DNA of 64,000 nt from Pseudomonadota bacterium (GTDB lineage: Bacteria; Pseudomonadota; Gammaproteobacteria; SURF-13), in the NCBI GenBank assembly GCA_041695325.1, contig JBGFRC010000001.1:7686-71685 (forward strand), given 5' to 3'. Of this stretch, positions 62,894 to 64,000 are shown in pieces. Each line of letters begins with the position of its first letter. The stretch's first letter is position 1. Position numbers and translations under genes: made by a program. The notes below the pieces were generated by a model. That model saw nothing but the letters and a program-made list of their open reading frames with translations. It made no database searches and had not been told where the DNA came from.

Positions 62894-63394
62894 TTAGCCA
62901 TTCCATATGGTTGCCGTCTCCGGCGCAGTGCTGCGTGGACAGGGGTCGCGTAACCATGCTGTTATTTTGGCGCGAGCGGCCTCAGTCCATTGAGGAAGAT
63001 AGTGCTCCACTGCGAAGGTTGCATCCTCCGGCTGGATGGGGCCGACCTCCAAACCCAGCAGACACAAACGTGCCGGCATGGCGGCGAGCGTGCGCGCCAG
63101 CGCCACGCATTCCGCCACGCCGAGATGGTGACTCGACCAGGCGGCATTCGCCAGGCGCGCGATCTCGTCCCCCTCCAGACAACAGAGACCGCCCGCCTCA
63201 CCGGCGCCGCATACGGCGTCGAGCAGCAGCACGCTGTCTTCCTTGCGCCAGTGTTCGAGCAGCGCCGGCCCCGGGCGGTCCAAGACGCTCACCTCGACGC
63301 ACCGCTCGTCAAACAGGCCGCGCAAGGCTTGCGCCGCCCGCCAGCCGGCCTGGTCGTCACCCCACGGCGAACCGAGGCCGATGACGCGGATCAT
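62894..63394 (-). CDS. hydrogenase maturation protease (HoxW/HyaD family)
   Basis: MIRVIGLGSPWGDDQAGW...HHLGV..., the endopeptidase signature. ATGA-coupled to the upstream hydrogenase large-subunit gene. Confidence 0.85.
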   Translation of the reverse strand: MIRVIGLGSPWGDDQAGWRAAQALRGLFDERCVEVSVLDRPGPALLEHWRKEDSVLLLDAVCGAGEAGGLCCLEGDEIARLANAAWSSHHLGVAECVALARTLAAMPARLCLLGLEVGPIQPEDATFAVEHYLPQWTEAARAKITAWLRDPCPRSTAPETATIWNG

Positions 63395-64000
63395 GTGCGC
63401 CTCAGCGTGAGGTTCAAAAAATGCGTGGCGCAAGAAATGCAAGGATCGTAATTGCGTATCCCCGCCTCCAGCCGCGCGCGCAGCTCATCGTCACACAAGT
63501 CCAAGTTTTCCTCCACCGAGGCGCGCAAATCGGCCTCCATCTGCGCCTGATTCTGGCTGGTGGGCGGCACGATGCGCGATTTTTTCACCAGTCCTTCCTC
63601 GTCCAGCTCATAACGCTGCCATAAGATTCCGCGCGGCGCCTCGGTGCACCACGCGCCCGCGCCGGCGCGCGGGACGATCTCCACAAACGGTTTATCGGGC
63701 GGTGCGTACTGTTCCAGCAGGGCAATGGCTTCGTGCAGGGCGAAATGAACCTCCAGCGAGCGCGCCACGATGCTGTGGTAGGGATTGACGCTGGGCCAGC
63801 GGATGCCCGTCTCCTCGGCCAGGCGCAAGGTGCGCGGCGGTAAATGGTCCAGGTTATTGTTGACGCGCGCCAGCGGCCCCACCCAGTAGGGTTTGCCGTT
63901 GATGAGCGCGTGCAAGGCGGTGGAATGCGGCACCTGATGTTCCATCACGTGCGCATCAAATTCCGCCGCGGACATGGCCAGCCCCTCGCTGGAAATGATG
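63391..64000 (-). CDS. [NiFe] hydrogenase large subunit, C-terminal part (5' portion beyond right window edge); bidirectional/HoxH-like
   Basis: C-terminal Ni-binding motif DPCISCATHFL immediately before the stop. The ORF is open to the window end. Confidence 0.8.
   Translation of the reverse strand, partial: IISSEGLAMSAAEFDAHVMEHQVPHSTALHALINGKPYWVGPLARVNNNLDHLPPRTLRLAEETGIRWPSVNPYHSIVARSLEVHFALHEAIALLEQYAPPDKPFVEIVPRAGAGAWCTEAPRGILWQRYELDEEGLVKKSRIVPPTSQNQAQMEADLRASVEENLDLCDDELRARLEAGIRNYDPCISCATHFLNLTLRRT

Overview
This is a high-GC (roughly 65%) proteobacterial chromosomal segment, densely coding on both strands. The left 15 kb keeps an E. coli-like core synteny: pgsA (partial) | purM-purN-DUF3108 | purA-hisZ-DUF2065-hflC-hflK-hflX-hfq-miaA-mutL-amiB-tsaE-nnr, all but purMN on the minus strand. 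Then follow msrA-folE, a ferredoxin, wrbA and proS. Between proS and an intact transaldolase (tal/fsa) plus icd lies a ~6-kb islet (20.2-26.2 kb). It carries an ECF sigma factor with an NrsF-like DUF1109 anti-sigma factor, divergently transcribed from a bufferin-type peptide operon (DUF2282 precursor, DUF692/MNIO enzyme, DUF2063 partner, DoxX) that also carries a secreted DUF3179 protein. The islet is bounded by an internally deleted tal pseudogene, an IS630-family transposase remnant and duplicated junction motifs. A GTAACC-N16-CGAA promoter, as expected for a SigF-type ECF sigma factor, sits immediately upstream of the precursor gene. The middle of the window holds housekeeping genes (phhB, cytochrome c, M48 peptidase, orn, capA-like, an HPF-CSD fusion, rtcA, cfa, an FAD oxidoreductase, a SAM methyltransferase) and the anaerobic RNR genes nrdD-nrdG preceded by a TraR/DksA-like gene. 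A dodecin gene sits across a divergent region containing a perfect FNR box. Next comes a tight operon archease-rtcB-(Prs-like)-(phosphoribosyltransferase), divergent from a hydrogenase maturation cluster hypC-hypA-hypB-hypD, then an MBL-fold hydrolase, mazG (minus strand), and hypF-hypE. Directly after hypE is a ~7-kb type I restriction-modification island (fic-hsdR-[GIY-YIG mini-element]-hsdM-hsdS). It ends in a degenerate, frameshifted direct repeat of the hypE 3' end. Then come an MtfA-like M90 peptidase, pdhA/pdhB-like E1 subunits, hsp20, and a hydrogenase maturation protease plus the C-terminal part of a [NiFe] hydrogenase large subunit running off the right edge. No rRNA, CRISPR or prophage genes were recognised. 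A ~240-bp multi-hairpin repeat element occurs twice, in inverted orientation, at 15.5 and 59.9 kb.
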